This document shows, one piece after another, positions 1 through 12,310 of a stretch of DNA of 20,000 nucleotides. A program made the translations under genes and the position numbers. The DNA comes from Alloascoidea hylecoeti (taxonomy: Eukaryota). The notes beneath the pieces are model-generated. The model was not told the origin of the DNA, ran no database searches, and was given only the letters and a program-made list of their open reading frames with translations. Each line of letters opens with the position of its first letter. Position 1 is the first letter of the stretch. The stretch covers positions 751,231 to 771,230 of the forward strand of contig BCKZ01000011.1 of the NCBI GenBank assembly GCA_001600815.1, written 5' to 3'.

Positions 1-1
1 T

Positions 2-265
2 GAGCTACATCCAGTTATGGGCATAAATAAATCAAAAAATAAACGTATAAATATTTCGGGCTTGGTTAGTAAGGATGTTTTAAATTTTGACGCTTTGTTA
101 GAGGATAAAAATGAAGAAAAAGATGAAGAAAAAGATGAGGAAGATGTTGAAGAAGAAGAAGATGATATAGACGAAGACGAAGACGATGATTATAATGCAG
201 AAAGGTATTTTGATGATGGTGGCAGTGATGATGATGATGGAGATTTTGATGAAGCTGCGTTTTAA
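2..265 (+). CDS. RPC31: RNA polymerase III subunit C31, C-terminal part (5' end lies outside the window)
   Basis: The frame is open from base 2 (ELHPVMGINK...). It has a long D/E tract and ends YNAERYFDDGGSDDDDGDFDEAAF, matching the YNAExYFDxG...EAAF C-terminus typical of Rpc31. Confidence 0.85.
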   Translation, partial: ELHPVMGINKSKNKRINISGLVSKDVLNFDALLEDKNEEKDEEKDEEDVEEEEDDIDEDEDDDYNAERYFDDGGSDDDDGDFDEAAF

Positions 266-409
266 AGAAATATTAATAATAATTTTCTCAGCTAAGGTAA
301 TAATAAATAAATTATATTGAAAGTTTTATTTTTTTGGTTGTGATGATTGATAAATGCATTTTAAAGCAGTATCAGTGTTTATACTTAAGTGTTAATGTTA
401 TTTGGTGAT

Positions 410-2302
410 TTATTCTCGTCTTCCATTCAGATCTTTCAAAAATTGTTGTTTTTCCAGTAAATAATACTCTCTATCACTGATACCCAAAGGAACTTTGGGA
501 GGAATAGCTGGCTTAGTCGAAGAAGCGGTGTTCATTCTTGATGCCCACTCGTTATAATCTCCTTCTGTCGAACTATACACAGGCTTATTATTAGACCATT
601 GCCCTCCGCCAATATACCCCGATACCCCAGGGTCCAACTTGAAATCTTCTTCTTTAGCTCCTCCGTGTTGTAAACGGACACTTTTTGCAAAATGTGTGCT
701 AGGGGTGGGCGCATAATACGAAGCATTATAAACTTCATCCTCGTTAGATATACGTTGTTCCGCAGCTGTCGATTTCTTGGGCGTATCGAAAGTTGGCTCT
801 AATATAGTGTCAGCAGAATAGGGCAATGATTTCCTTTGCCCTGTACCATTTGGACCGCTTGAATTTCCATAAACATTATCTTTCTCCGACATGGGGACGG
901 GTTTTTTTCGTAACTTAGGCTTTGATGATAACTTGTATGGTCTTGTATTACGATCCTGCGGAAATGAAGATATCGGCATTTGAGACTCTAAAGAGTTTTC
1001 TGGTTTTGAATAATCATTAATTAAATTTAATGCTGAAATCGATTGTGATAAATCACCAACGTCGTTACCCTCATAGCTATGACTGTTAACATTTGATTGC
1101 GCTCTATCGTGCCCATATATCAAGTCCTTGCTTCCGACTGGTGGTAACGATTTTCTCATGGGTGAAGCCCGGCCGGTATGGAGATACCTTTGAGATTGGG
1201 AGGGTTGGGATGTTCGCAATTCAGCTACCTGTGGATGGTTTCTATTCCAATCAGATTGCATCTCCATTTCTAGAACATCAAATGCATCTACATGCTTGCC
1301 ATTTTGATTCGGGGGTGGTCGTCTTGGTGGAGAGCTACGAAAATAACTCTGATCAGGCGCCGTTCCTGGATGAACACTATGCGTTAAGTTTGCATTGAGA
1401 CCTCCAGTCGGGCTTGAAGTACGCCGATATCCCGCTGCTGGTTCAAAATCACTCCTAAATATTTGGGTCGACGAAATATATTCGTTGGATGGTGGGACCT
1501 TTGGCAAGTCTAAGTTTGGAATAGTATTATAGGGGACTGAATTGTGGCCTCTGTTATGCTGTTGATGATTTAGAGGTGGCAGTGTCGGTAAATCAACTGA
1601 TTGGAAGGAGTCCATTTCATATGGTTGCGTATTTGGTATATTATAACCCCCCTCATTCTCATATAAATGTGGGGCTTGAATAGAGGATACACTTGAGATA
1701 TATTGGGTTGTTTTAGCTTTCGCAATTGGAGGTGGAATGCTATATGAAACTGCTGGAGCTATAGGCTGCGGTGGAATGGGTGTCTGTGGTCCTAAAGGTG
1801 GCTGGTTTGGTAAGGAAGGTAAAGGTCTCCTAACAGCCTGAGTGAATGGAACATAACCTTTCTTTTTGGTGGATTCTGATTTCATTTTTGGGGGTAAAAA
1901 GGGTTGTGATGGGTAAAATGTCATTTCAATGTAGATCTCTCCAGCATCCTTTCCATTATAAGTTAAAGGATGCCATTTATCGTATCCTTCTTCAACCGAA
2001 CTTTCAATAGCTCCAACAAAATTCAAATCTGCTTCACCAATAAGTTCAGGACTCTTGTTATTCTCATCAAGTATTGATACTTTTAAGATAGGGTTTTGGT
2101 TTTGAGTCGTAGCAAATCTGGATTCATGATCCCATTCAGGGGTCTGTCCACCACGATCGACCGCTTCTGTTCGATCAATCACTGTTCCTACTCGAAGAAT
2201 ACAGTAAGGGTTTTGTTTCTCGATTCTGCGACGATTTGGCAAGTGACGAGCTCTTAAAACAACAGCAATTAATGTCCCTTTTGGAGTTGGGTAAGATGAC
2301 AT
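410..2302 (-). CDS. INN1: Cytokinesis C2-domain protein (Inn1/Fic1 family), 630 aa
   Basis: N-terminal C2 domain (GTLIAVVLRARHLPNRRRIEKQNPYC...RGGQTPEWD...AGEIYIEMTFY), followed by a long low-complexity region with PxxP motifs and a C-terminal KPAIPPKVP. Confidence 0.85.
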   Translation of the reverse strand: MSSYPTPKGTLIAVVLRARHLPNRRRIEKQNPYCILRVGTVIDRTEAVDRGGQTPEWDHESRFATTQNQNPILKVSILDENNKSPELIGEADLNFVGAIESSVEEGYDKWHPLTYNGKDAGEIYIEMTFYPSQPFLPPKMKSESTKKKGYVPFTQAVRRPLPSLPNQPPLGPQTPIPPQPIAPAVSYSIPPPIAKAKTTQYISSVSSIQAPHLYENEGGYNIPNTQPYEMDSFQSVDLPTLPPLNHQQHNRGHNSVPYNTIPNLDLPKVPPSNEYISSTQIFRSDFEPAAGYRRTSSPTGGLNANLTHSVHPGTAPDQSYFRSSPPRRPPPNQNGKHVDAFDVLEMEMQSDWNRNHPQVAELRTSQPSQSQRYLHTGRASPMRKSLPPVGSKDLIYGHDRAQSNVNSHSYEGNDVGDLSQSISALNLINDYSKPENSLESQMPISSFPQDRNTRPYKLSSKPKLRKKPVPMSEKDNVYGNSSGPNGTGQRKSLPYSADTILEPTFDTPKKSTAAEQRISNEDEVYNASYYAPTPSTHFAKSVRLQHGGAKEEDFKLDPGVSGYIGGGQWSNNKPVYSSTEGDYNEWASRMNTASSTKPAIPPKVPLGISDREYYLLEKQQFLKDLNGRRE

Positions 2303-2710
2303 GAGTAAAAATGTAATATCAAAAAGCTCTAGAAATAGTAATATATGATCAAAATTAATATATACTATAAATGTAAAGAGTTCTGTTTGTTTGTTTGAGA
2401 GATGTGAAATTGCTGAAAGATGTGCTATAATGAATATATTGGTCTTATAAGACAGAGAAATATGCCAATCACGTGCACACTGATTTCATGAATGGCAGTG
2501 TATGCTGGATGAGACTCCTTAATTCTTTAATTCCTCTATTTTAGTGTATAGCAACTAGGTGGTTCCGGATACAAAATTTCCATTCCTAGATGTTTCACGT
2601 ATAATGGCTATGTAGGTAAAAAAATAGCCTCTTATAATTACAGTATTGGAGTAAAATTATGAATATCAAATTAACCATTACAACTAGAAATAAACATGAA
2701 CAAAAATGAC

Positions 2711-5700
2711 CTATTCAAACTTTGTATAATGACGCCGTCTTTTTTCTGGCCCTGAAGTATCAACAATATTATCAGTACGCTGGTGCTTTCTTTGATTATC
2801 ATTCCGATTATCATTTCTATTCACTCGGGAACGGATACCAAATCTGTCTCTATCCTTAGTATCGCGCATCCTGTTGTCTCTATCTCGGTCGCGGTTTCTG
2901 TCACGGTCTCTATCTCGTTCTCGGATATCTCGCTCTCTTCTTTCATTAGTGCGTTCGCGGTTTCGTTCATTTCTTTCTCTTTCACGTTCCCTATCCCCTC
3001 GTCTATCAACACGATCTCTCCTATCTCTTAACTGGTTGTCACGCGCATTTCTCACAGAATCGGGTGTATTTCGTTTCGGTGGTTGTGAATCTCGTCTTCC
3101 AGGGTTCCTGGGATTTTGGTCTACTTTTCCGTCCTTTGGATCTTCTTCATTTGCCCTTTCACTCGCTGTTGGCGACGATTTGCTTATTTTACTGTCAATA
3201 CTAGCACTTCTAGAAATGGGCACAACATTTCGTGCTCCTATACGATCCGTAAAATTATCGTTAATGCGTTTTGTATTATTGGGTCTGATATCTGCAGACT
3301 TATCTTTGGATGCTCTATCTATTCCCCCTCTTACTGATGATGATGATCTAGACTGATTGATTGAAGAACGGTTATCTAAGTTTGATTTAGAAACATCTCT
3401 TGGTTTAGAATCCCTTTCGTAGTTATTTATCTTAACATTGCGTAGTCTAGCATCGAGACCTTTAACTTCAATTAAATTAGCCGATGTTGCAGAAGCCGTG
3501 TTACGTTTATCCATTTCTCTAACTCGATTATCATCCCGTCTTCCATTTCTTCGATCATCATTATCATTTCTAATTCTTGGACCAGATGGCGGAGGAAGTC
3601 CATTGCTGTTAAGCTTATTAGAACCACGATTGTATCCATCACGATGATTATCTCTATCAACATCCCTAGAATTGAATCGATCCAATTCTTTGTTGAATGT
3701 GCTATCACCAAAGCCATCCCTAGTTTTAACTGATTCCCTTGTTCGTGAATTCCCTTTTACATGATCAATACCATTTTCTCTTTCATTATTTCGAACAAAA
3801 TCCCGAGGTCTGTCTTTGGATATATCTCTTGGGGAGTTCTTTGGACTATTTCTTTGGCTATTATCCTTTAATCGGTCCATCTTATTTTCCCGTGATGAAA
3901 TCGGGTCGTCCAACTCGTCCTTGACTATTCCCTGGCGTTCTGATTTATCATCACTGTCTTTACCGTTAGATGGAATTTTTGGGAGAGAAATTGGAGTCTT
4001 CCCCCCACTAAAAGATCTAGGTTGTGTTGGAACCTGAGAACTCTTGATATCACTCTTGGGTTGTGAAAGCGTAGATTTCACTTCTGAAATGTTTGTATCC
4101 TTAGACTTTTCGAGTGCAGATTTGTTCTTCTCCAGTGTTGCTAGGGAAGGTTTGAGTAGAGTAGCACTTGCTACCTTTTTTCCAGGGTTCTTCCTGGATT
4201 CACGAGCAGCCACTCTTTTCCTTTTTTCTGCTATTAGTTTTTCCTTTTGATCAGAAGTAGTGCCATAAAAGTCCCATAGGTCAATCCAGTCTTTCGAAGA
4301 GCGTTGAAGATGCCCTCTGAGCGCTGTGGCAGACAGTTTTAGATCTTCTCTTTTTTCTTTCTCTGCGATATTCTCAATTTCATCCAATATCTCATAACCA
4401 TGATACTCTGCTATAGGGAATACGGATATCATATTCTTTAAGACTGTAATAGCATTTCGTCTAGACATATAGTTATCACTTTGCAAGGAGCCTTTAATGT
4501 CAATCATTGTCTTTTTGTGCCATTTTTCAAGAACTCTTCTAAATTCTTCATATGAGGCCAAACTTTCATTTTCTGGTTTGTTATTAAACTTGATTCTCAT
4601 TCCAGGTAAAGTGGGCTTCGCACCATCCATTTTCCCTAATGCAACAAGGTTGTAAAGATTTTCATTTTTACGCCACTTATCAAACTCTGAAAAGATATCA
4701 CAAAAGAACAAACCGATATTTTCAGCTTCAAGTGTTGAACACGTTAACAAAGTACCATATAAAATATTTTTTGCAAACAGATTATCTAACAATAAAACAG
4801 TCGGAATAGTCGATCCAAGACGATGTAAAGTAAATATGAACTTGGAACAGAATATTGCATCTAAAGGGGAGTGCAAAGCACGAGGTAAAACACAAGTATT
4901 TATAAATTCAAAAACCTGATGATATCTATCGCTCATTGCTTTTTGTGGGTCATCATTTGCATTATCGGAAATATAAAAATGTTTGACTTCTACCAGTAAT
5001 CTTTTCATAATTGCCTTATGATGATTCAGATGTGCAATCTTTTCTCCTTCGAGTTGAGATGTCATTGAAGATAATTCGTCTCTTTCCGATTTAAGTTGTC
5101 GAATAGCCGAAGATCCTTCTCGTGAATTATCACCTCGAGAGATAGAGACACTAAGTGATGAAATTGTTTCTCTTAATTTCTTCTCTTCTGAAAAATATTT
5201 TTCAGAAGAAAAAAATATATCATAAAGCGAGAGCTGCCAGAAAGTAACATAAAATCCAATGTCCAGGTACTTAATTCCAGATTCCCCAAAAAAGGTTGAC
5301 AACTCCGACATAACAGGTACTAGTACAGGGTGCCATGGTGATATTTGTGCTTCTTCCTTATTACTATCTGGTTGAGACGATAAATCTATAACCACGCTGT
5401 CCTTGATTGTAGGTTGTTCTAGTGCTTTTACATCTTTAATTGGGCGATGGGTTTCGTCATATTCAATCATTTTAACTTGCATCATCTTTCTCCATAGTTC
5501 GAAGGCCCACTTAGGTTTAATGCCATATTTTGTGCAAAGTTCAGTAACAGAAATGACATGATTTTGAAAGGCTTCAGTAGGAAGAAAGTAATTTATCATG
5601 TCGATGAACTGATGAAGTACAGACGAGGCATCATCATATCGGCTTGATAAAACCTTCAAATGTGCTTCTGAGTCTGAGATTGTGAATACAATATTTTCCG

Positions 5701-8391
5701 TCAACTGAGCTAGTAGAACAAAAAGTTCGGCTAGAATGTTGTTATTAACCATCACATCCAAAAGACGTTTTGCAGATCTATTGGACATTTCTCGGTTATC
5801 TTGAATAACTTTATAGACTATTTTTTGTAATTTTGCACTACCCCCAAGGCCTTCAATTTGAGGTATGGTTAAATTAGAAATTTTCTTGATGCCAGACATT
5901 TGTTCAATGATTTCACCAAACAAAGAGGTTTCACCACTCTCTCTGTTGTGTAACTGTTTTATGATGTATAATAAAATTGGTGTGGAATCCATAACTGAAT
6001 ATCTTTGGCATAATTTTGCAGTAAATGAAGAGAGCGCTATAAATAAGATAAGATAGTTAGTTCCTAAAGCTGAAAGGGAATTGAATATTAATTTTACTTA
6101 CATTTCAACCAAATACGGTCATTCAAGCCATCTCGTTGTACAGTCCCTCTCCCAGAAGTCAGTTGCATCATAATCACAATTGGTAAAGCATCCCAACTAA
6201 GGTCTGTAAAATACCTTGCAGCATCAACAACTAAAGCACCCAAGTTATCATAACTTTCCACTTGACCAATAAAGGCTGTAAAAGTGGCTAAAGGATTTGC
6301 ATGTGAGATTTTAGCTAATCTCCTCATCATTTCTCGATCATTAGTTTTTGAGAGTCTTTTCATAACACCTTTAGTTGCCTTTTCTGATTTTAGACTAGCA
6401 ATTTTCAATTCAAGAATTGTTTTATTTATTGACAACCATTCTCCATATAAACTGTATCTCGTCTCAAATGAGAAAAGCTTGATGAGTTTAAATATCTCAT
6501 TAATTACTGATGGATTTTCTTCAATTAATGATACTGAAGGATGAATAAAATTTCTAAAATATTGGTACCAGAATTCAACCTTTTCAACGTTTTTCGTTGC
6601 TTGTAGACTATTGACACCAATTCTACAAAGTTTCACCAATAATATCAAATCTCTATATAATCTCGGGCCAGAAAATCGCAAAAACGCTGCAGATAATTCT
6701 TGTAAATCTTCTATAGTTGAGATCGGCTTTAATTCAGATGTCCAGTCATCATAAAAGAAACGATGAGTTACACCAGCTTCAGTAGGCGTTTTTAATGGTG
6801 TCAAAACTCTCCGATGACTTTTTTGTTTCGGAGGTACCAAAGTTGTGGTTTTATTAATAGATGAGGGTAAGTTGAGTGGAGTTGAAATATTTCCTTGTCT
6901 TTTAAAAGGTCTGATTTCTTCATAAAGAGGAGTGATACAATGATTGATTATTCTGTGAATCAAGTCTGCAATTTCTGGATCTGGACCAGGCAAGAATGGA
7001 AATTTTGATAAAAGAAATAAAGAGGGCCATATAGCACCAACGGCAAGTAAAGCTTTCAGTAATTGAACCTTCTGGTTCTTGGCCAATTCTTTTCCGGAAG
7101 AAAGAATAGTCGGTTCTTCCTTTTTCTGTTCGGTTTGTGTTGAAGAACGTGATTGAGAATCTTTCGACGAAGGAGCAGAATCGTCAGCCAAAGGGGCGGC
7201 CATAGCTAATGCAGAAGAACGGGCCATAAGTGCTTTATTTTCCATTTCTTCCCGCCAACTTTTGTTGATTTCATTCATTATTTCATCTGATGGTGATAAA
7301 TAATGATATATCTCACCAAAACTAATAAATTTTTCTTTTATCAGAACAGCTATCATAACCATTAAATTTTCTGGGGCAGCTTCGTTCTTGTCAGCATAAA
7401 ACTTGAGCTTGAACCCAAGCAATTTTGCAGCAGATGTGTTTCCACCAGGTTTACCAAGATCGTTAAGAGAAGTAGGTGAAGCCAGTTTCAATGGCCACCA
7501 TGGTGATTTTTTCAAGACATTTAAAAAGAATTGAGAATTTGCTACTATATTTATTGAAAAAATGTCAAGAAAAATATCTAAGGAACGAATTGGATCCAAG
7601 TCGAAAAACCCAATCAAAGAAATAATCGCCTCAGAAGTGGATGCTATTTTTGACATATTATTAGGCGAATAAGAGGCAGAATGAATTTCAACTATAAATC
7701 GGGCATAACCTTCTGATTCTTCTCTTGGTAAGTTAAATCGAATCTGAAGGTACTGTAATGTTGTATTTGTTTTAACTACTTTTTTTTCAAACAAAGCAGT
7801 CACTACATTTAGTTTTACTAGAGTTTTTGGATCAAGTTGTACTAGCATTAAGGATTTATCAAGTGGGACTTGCTTCATCAGAGAGATAAGATCGTCTGTT
7901 AAGTCAAATGTTGAGAAAATCTCTAAGAAAAGAGATAAAAGTTCATTTGTTCGTGTAGAATAAAGTTTTGCGGTATTTGTGAAAAATTGTGAGAGCAAAT
8001 CAGCGAGTATGGGTATACTTATTCGATTCAAATTGCAAGCTTGAAATATTTCGTAAAAAAAAGTAGATAGAGCAACCACATCGAACGGCTGAACCAGTTT
8101 CGTAACATCATCCAGACTGAACGCGGTGTTGATCCTGTTAAAATTTGTTCTTTCCGTTTTTCATTCATTTACTGTTGTTTCGCAGCTAACGACGCCAAAA
8201 TCCAAGAGAAATACATACATGTTGGGGTCTTGTGTTGAGCACCAGGCTTCCAGAAAGTCATCTGACAGGTAACACCATTCTGGGCCATCATCAGAAATGA
8301 GACTCAATGGTGTCACCGTGAGGTGATGGCTGGACACGGGGGCTGCGCCCATTTCTGGGCTCTGCGGGGTGTTTTCAAATACAGCAGCCAT
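2711..8391 (-). CDS. THO2: THO complex subunit 2, about 1843 aa, 3 exons: 8391-8219, 8134-6102, 6036-2711
   Basis: Intron 8218-8135 (GTATGT...TTAACAG) and intron 6101-6037 (GTAAGT...ACTAAC...ATAG) join three ORFs in frame, with junctions DPNM-INTAF and WLKS-LSSF. Tho2 motifs: FNLPREESEGYA, LIGFFDLDPIRSLD, QVESYDNL, FYVTFWQLSLYDI, YMSRRNAITVL. Confidence 0.93.
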
Positions 8392-8528
8392 GTTGGAGAC
8401 CTAAAGAAGTGAACGAAAAAAGGAAACTTTGTAGGTTTGTAACACCCGTGCACCCATCAGGCTAAGATTTAATCCGAGCAACGCATTCCTTACAACACTA
8501 ACTTCTTCGTCCCGCCTTTTCACCAACA
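8392..8528. promoter_or_regulatory. Short divergent intergenic region, probable bidirectional promoter for THO2 and RHO3
   Basis: Only 137 bp lie between the two divergent predicted start codons. Confidence 0.6.
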
Positions 8529-9225
8529 ATGCCTATCTGTGGAGGAACAAAGAAACCACTTTCGAGAAAAATCGTCATCTTGGGCGATGGTGCTTGTGGA
8601 AAGACATCCCTTCTGAATGTCTTTACCAGAGGCTACTTCCCACAAGTATACGAACCTACTGTGTTTGAAAATTACGTTCATGATATTTTCATTGATGGTC
8701 AGGCTGTTCAGCTTTCTCTTTGGGATACTGCTGGTCAAGAGGAGTTTGATCGTTTGCGCTCGCTGTCTTATTCAGATACACACACAATCATGCTATGTTT
8801 TTCTGTCGATTCGCCTGATTCATTGGAAAACGTCCAAACAAAATGGGTAGGAGAAATCGCAGACCACTGTGAAGGTGTGAATCTGGTCTTGGTCGCTCTA
8901 AAATGCGATTTGCGCAACAATGAAGAAGATGCCGAGGAAGACCAGCAGGTTACTCCTGGAAAACGATTAATAACCTATGAAGAGGGTTTAGATGTAGCAA
9001 AGAAGATTGGTGCCTTACGATATTTGGAGTGCTCCGGTAAAAAGAACAGAGGCGTGAATGAAGCTTTCACGGAGGCAGCTAGATGTGCTTTGTCGGCAAA
9101 ACCGAAGGGTAAGCAATATGTTTTTCTTGATTTTGATATTGTTGAATAGTCCTATTAACACGGGTTTTGTTTTCTTTTTAGGAGCCCATGATGATCCTGT
9201 GGAAGGAGGATGCATCATAATGTGA
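8529..9225 (+). CDS. RHO3: Rho3 small GTPase, 207 aa, 2 exons: 8529-9108 and 9182-9225
   Basis: GDGACGKTS P-loop, the Rho3-type effector loop YEPTVFENY, WDTAGQEEFDRLR, and an N-terminal Cys (MPICG). Removing intron 9109-9181 (GTAAGC...TTTAG) restores a CaaX C-terminus, GAHDDPVEGGCIIM*. Confidence 0.95.
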
Positions 9226-10043
9226 ATTGTTAATATTACAAATAAAATAAAAAGTGTCGAAATTTAAGGTGAACTGAACTGAACTAAAATAACCAAGACT
9301 CCATAATGTATCATTTTTCATTCCTCTTCCCCTCCTTTAAAAAATAAATCCATATTACTAATAACTTTTTTTACCCCCTTAATTTTTTTAATTTTTGTTT
9401 CGTTGCACCAAAATTGTGGATAATTATTATCAGAAATTGTTCATGAATTTTTTTTTACTAATACTAATTATTATTTTATTTCCCGGTGTTATAATTTGTT
9501 CTGTGTTATTCGGCTCTCCAGTAGAACGTTTCGCAAGTTCGAGCGCTACTTTTTTACCCTCACACTATTTCCTTGATCCGGCTGAATAGATGTCAGATAT
9601 TTGTAAACTGAAACTGTTGCTGTTAATGTTTTTATTTGTTTTTTAATAGGTCACAGTTAGTGTCTTGTCTTACTTTATAACTACTTTTGTTACTTGTAAC
9701 TTTCTATAGCTTTAGCTTTTTGTTCAGAAATTGCGACTATAGCGAATAAAAATAATAATCGATAAGTTATATGTTATTCTATATAAATCTCATAATTATA
9801 TGTGTATATTCATTATATTATAGTAGTTGGCATTTCTGAAACACGGATATGCTATAACGTTGAAGAATTAGAGGGCGATTGCCAAATTAATATAAACAAA
9901 CTAACGTCTCATCTCTAATTGTCTGCTAAATTCTAATTGTTCACCCATGCATGATCGGGTAACTTCTACCGCCGAAGACTATTTAACCCATAAGCTTTGC
10001 AAATTTGATCTGATTGATAACGTTTCCTGGAATTGTCTTAGCA

Positions 10044-10979
10044 ATGTCTTCAATTAGAGAGAAAATGGAGGCCCTCATCATCCAAAAACAAAAGGAGATT
10101 GTAGCGGGTCTAGAAACTTTGGATACCAAAAAATTCCAATCTGATTCTTGGGAAAGACCAAACAATGGTGGAGGAGGAACTTCTTGTGTGCTTCAAGAAG
10201 GTACTTGTTTTGAAAAAGGAGGTGTAAATATCTCGATAGTTCATGGAACTCTACCACCGAATGCTATTGCAAAAATGAGAGTAGATCATAAATCAATGAG
10301 AACCGATGTTGATGGTTCTTTGAATTTCTATGCTTGTGGTTTATCCATGGTTTTACATCCTTATAATCCAATGGCCCCTACTGTTCATCTTAACTATAGA
10401 TACTTTGAAACATCAGATAAAGATGGGAATCCAGAGGCTTGGTGGTTTGGGGGAGGAGCCGACTTAACCCCTTCATACCTGTTTGAGAAAGATGCTATTC
10501 ATTTCCACAACGAACTTAAACAGGCCTGCGATAAACATGACTCTTCGTACTATCCTAAATTTAAGAAATGGTGCGACGAGTACTTTTTCATCAAACATCG
10601 TGGCGAATCCCGAGGTATTGGTGGAATATTCTTTGATGATCTTGATGATAAATCTCCTGAAGAGCTACTGTCATTCGTAAATGATTGCTTTGATGCTTTC
10701 CTTCCTTCGTATTTGCCTATTGTTCAGAGAAGAAAGGATTTGCCCTTCACTGAAGACCAAAAGAAATGGCAACAAATTCGGAGAGGAAGATACGTTGAAT
10801 TTAACCTAGTGCTTGATAGAGGAACTCAATTTGGTCTGATGACGCCAGGATCTAGAGTTGAATCTATCCTAATGTCGTTACCAGTCACAGCAAGTTGGTA
10901 TTATGACCACCACCCTGAAGCTGGATCCAAGGAAGACAATCTTTTACAGGTCGTTAAGAATCCACGACAATGGGTGTGA
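10044..10979 (+). CDS. HEM13: Oxygen-dependent coproporphyrinogen III oxidase
   Basis: The first ATG is at 10044 ([12 protein letters not shown]). Family motifs: [55 protein letters not shown]. Confidence 0.96.
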   Translation: MSSIREKMEALIIQKQKEIVAGLETLDTKKFQSDSWERPNNGGGGTSCVLQEGTCFEKGGVNISIVHGTLPPNAIAKMRVDHKSMRTDVDGSLNFYACGLSMVLHPYNPMAPTVHLNYRYFETSDKDGNPEAWWFGGGADLTPSYLFEKDAIHFHNELKQACDKHDSSYYPKFKKWCDEYFFIKHRGESRGIGGIFFDDLDDKSPEELLSFVNDCFDAFLPSYLPIVQRRKDLPFTEDQKKWQQIRRGRYVEFNLVLDRGTQFGLMTPGSRVESILMSLPVTASWYYDHHPEAGSKEDNLLQVVKNPRQWV

Positions 10980-11131
10980 TCATTCCTTATAATATTTTTA
11001 ATATAACTAGTTCTAAAAGGTGGGCGTGGAAATCACGTGTCGGGACTTGTAGCAAGTTTTTAGTTTTTGTTTTCTTTGTGTGTGAACATTCTCTTCGACA
11101 TTAATACGTCGGCATCCAGGTTTTTTTCAAT

Positions 11132-12310
11132 ATGAGCTACGGAAACAATCAAGGGGTGAGTTATTTATCTGTATTTTTCTGCCAGTTACAGCGATCTTAT
11201 GTGACTTGGTCGGTTCATTTTGGATATTTTTGAACATTTTGGGACATGTTTATATTTTTGTTTCGTCAGCCTCAGGAGTTGGATGAAACACGTTGAAAGT
11301 TGAAACTGGCACGAAAACAACCCTAACGTTCTTGTTTACTAACAATACTTTTATTTTTCCATTTAGAATAATCAAGGGTATGCCTGCTTATTTTCCATGC
11401 GGTTATTTCATGGGGTCTACTTTTTTGATTTTTTTGAGTTTCGTCATGACTAACATTTAATAGACCTAACAACGAATCCCCTAATTCCTATCAACAGGAT
11501 TTCGAGATGAACCCATATAGCGGGGGTGATGACTTCGGCACTTTTATGCAGGACGTTGATGCAATTAATAGGGGGTTAGATCAATATGCTGCCAATATTA
11601 ACAACATTCAGGCTGCTCATCAACAACTGTTGAACGAAGTATCGGAAGACCAGGAAGAGCTCCTTACTAAGAAGCTGGACTCTTTGGTTGCTACTACTTC
11701 AGCTCTTGCTGGAAGCTTAAAAACACAGATCAAACAAGCACAAGGTGAAGGTCAAAATGATAAGGCAAAATACGCTCAAGCAGAAGCGGTTAAAAACAGA
11801 TTTTTGGGGTTGATTCAGGATTACAGGAAAGTAGAAGCCGACTATAGAGCTCAAAGTAAGCAACGTGCCGAAAGACAATATAGAATTATTCGCCCCGAAG
11901 CATCCGATTCCGAAGTACAAGATGCCATTGAAGACGCTTCTGGCTCTCAATTATTTTCCCAGGCTCTCTTGAATGCAAATAGAAGAGGTGAAGCTAGGTC
12001 GGCTCTTAATGAAGTTCAATCACGTCACAGAGAACTACAAAAATTAGAGAAAACAATGGGTGAATTAAACCAATTGTTTCATGACATGGAGGAACTTGTT
12101 GCCGAACAAGAAGCTCCTATCCAAGAAGTCGACGAACAGGTCGAAGCTGCTCAGGGTGATATTGAACAGGGAACAGGACATACAAGTAAGGCTGTGGTGA
12201 GTGCAAGAAAGGCAAGAAGGAAGAAGTGTTGGTGTTTTTGGATTTTGGTGCTCATTATCTGTATTATCATTGCTGCAGTTGTTGGTGGTGTTGTTGGTTC
12301 AAGGAATTAA
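11132..12310 (+). CDS. SSO1: Plasma-membrane syntaxin t-SNARE (Sso1/Sso2 family), 293 aa, 3 exons: 11132-11155, 11367-11377, 11464-12310
   Basis: Habc region, FSQALLNANRRGEARSAL, Qa-SNARE motif and C-terminal transmembrane helix. Intron 11156-11366 (GTGAGT...TACTAAC...TTAG) and intron 11378-11463 (GTATGC...GACTAAC...TAG) give the in-frame N-terminus MSYGNNQGNNQGPNNESPNSYQQDFEMNPY. Confidence 0.9.

Noticed and set aside
2783..6544. Multiple short ORFs overlapping THO2 (for example 2874-3356, S/R-rich)
   Set aside because: These are antisense or off-frame shadows of THO2 coding sequence, mostly its low-complexity tail, with no independent motifs.
9395..9589. 64-aa hydrophobic ORF between RHO3 and HEM13
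   Set aside because: Non-ATG start, and its hydrophobicity simply reflects T-rich intergenic DNA.
9436..9942. Two ATTGTTC (Rox1-like) motifs upstream of HEM13
   Set aside because: The 7-mer is AT-rich and common, and the flanks do not match the full consensus.
9640..10041. Possible HEM13 5' UTR intron (TAG just before caATG) hosting a C/D snoRNA (ATGATC...CTGA at about 9951-10013)
   Set aside because: The C box is imperfect, the branch site is weak and I recognised no rRNA guide. RNA-seq would be needed.
2468..11039. ATCACGTG (Cbf1-type E-box) at 2468-2475 and 11032-11039
   Set aside because: Plausible promoter sites, but single 8-mers are not enough evidence, and no CDEII/CDEIII follows, so this is not a point centromere.
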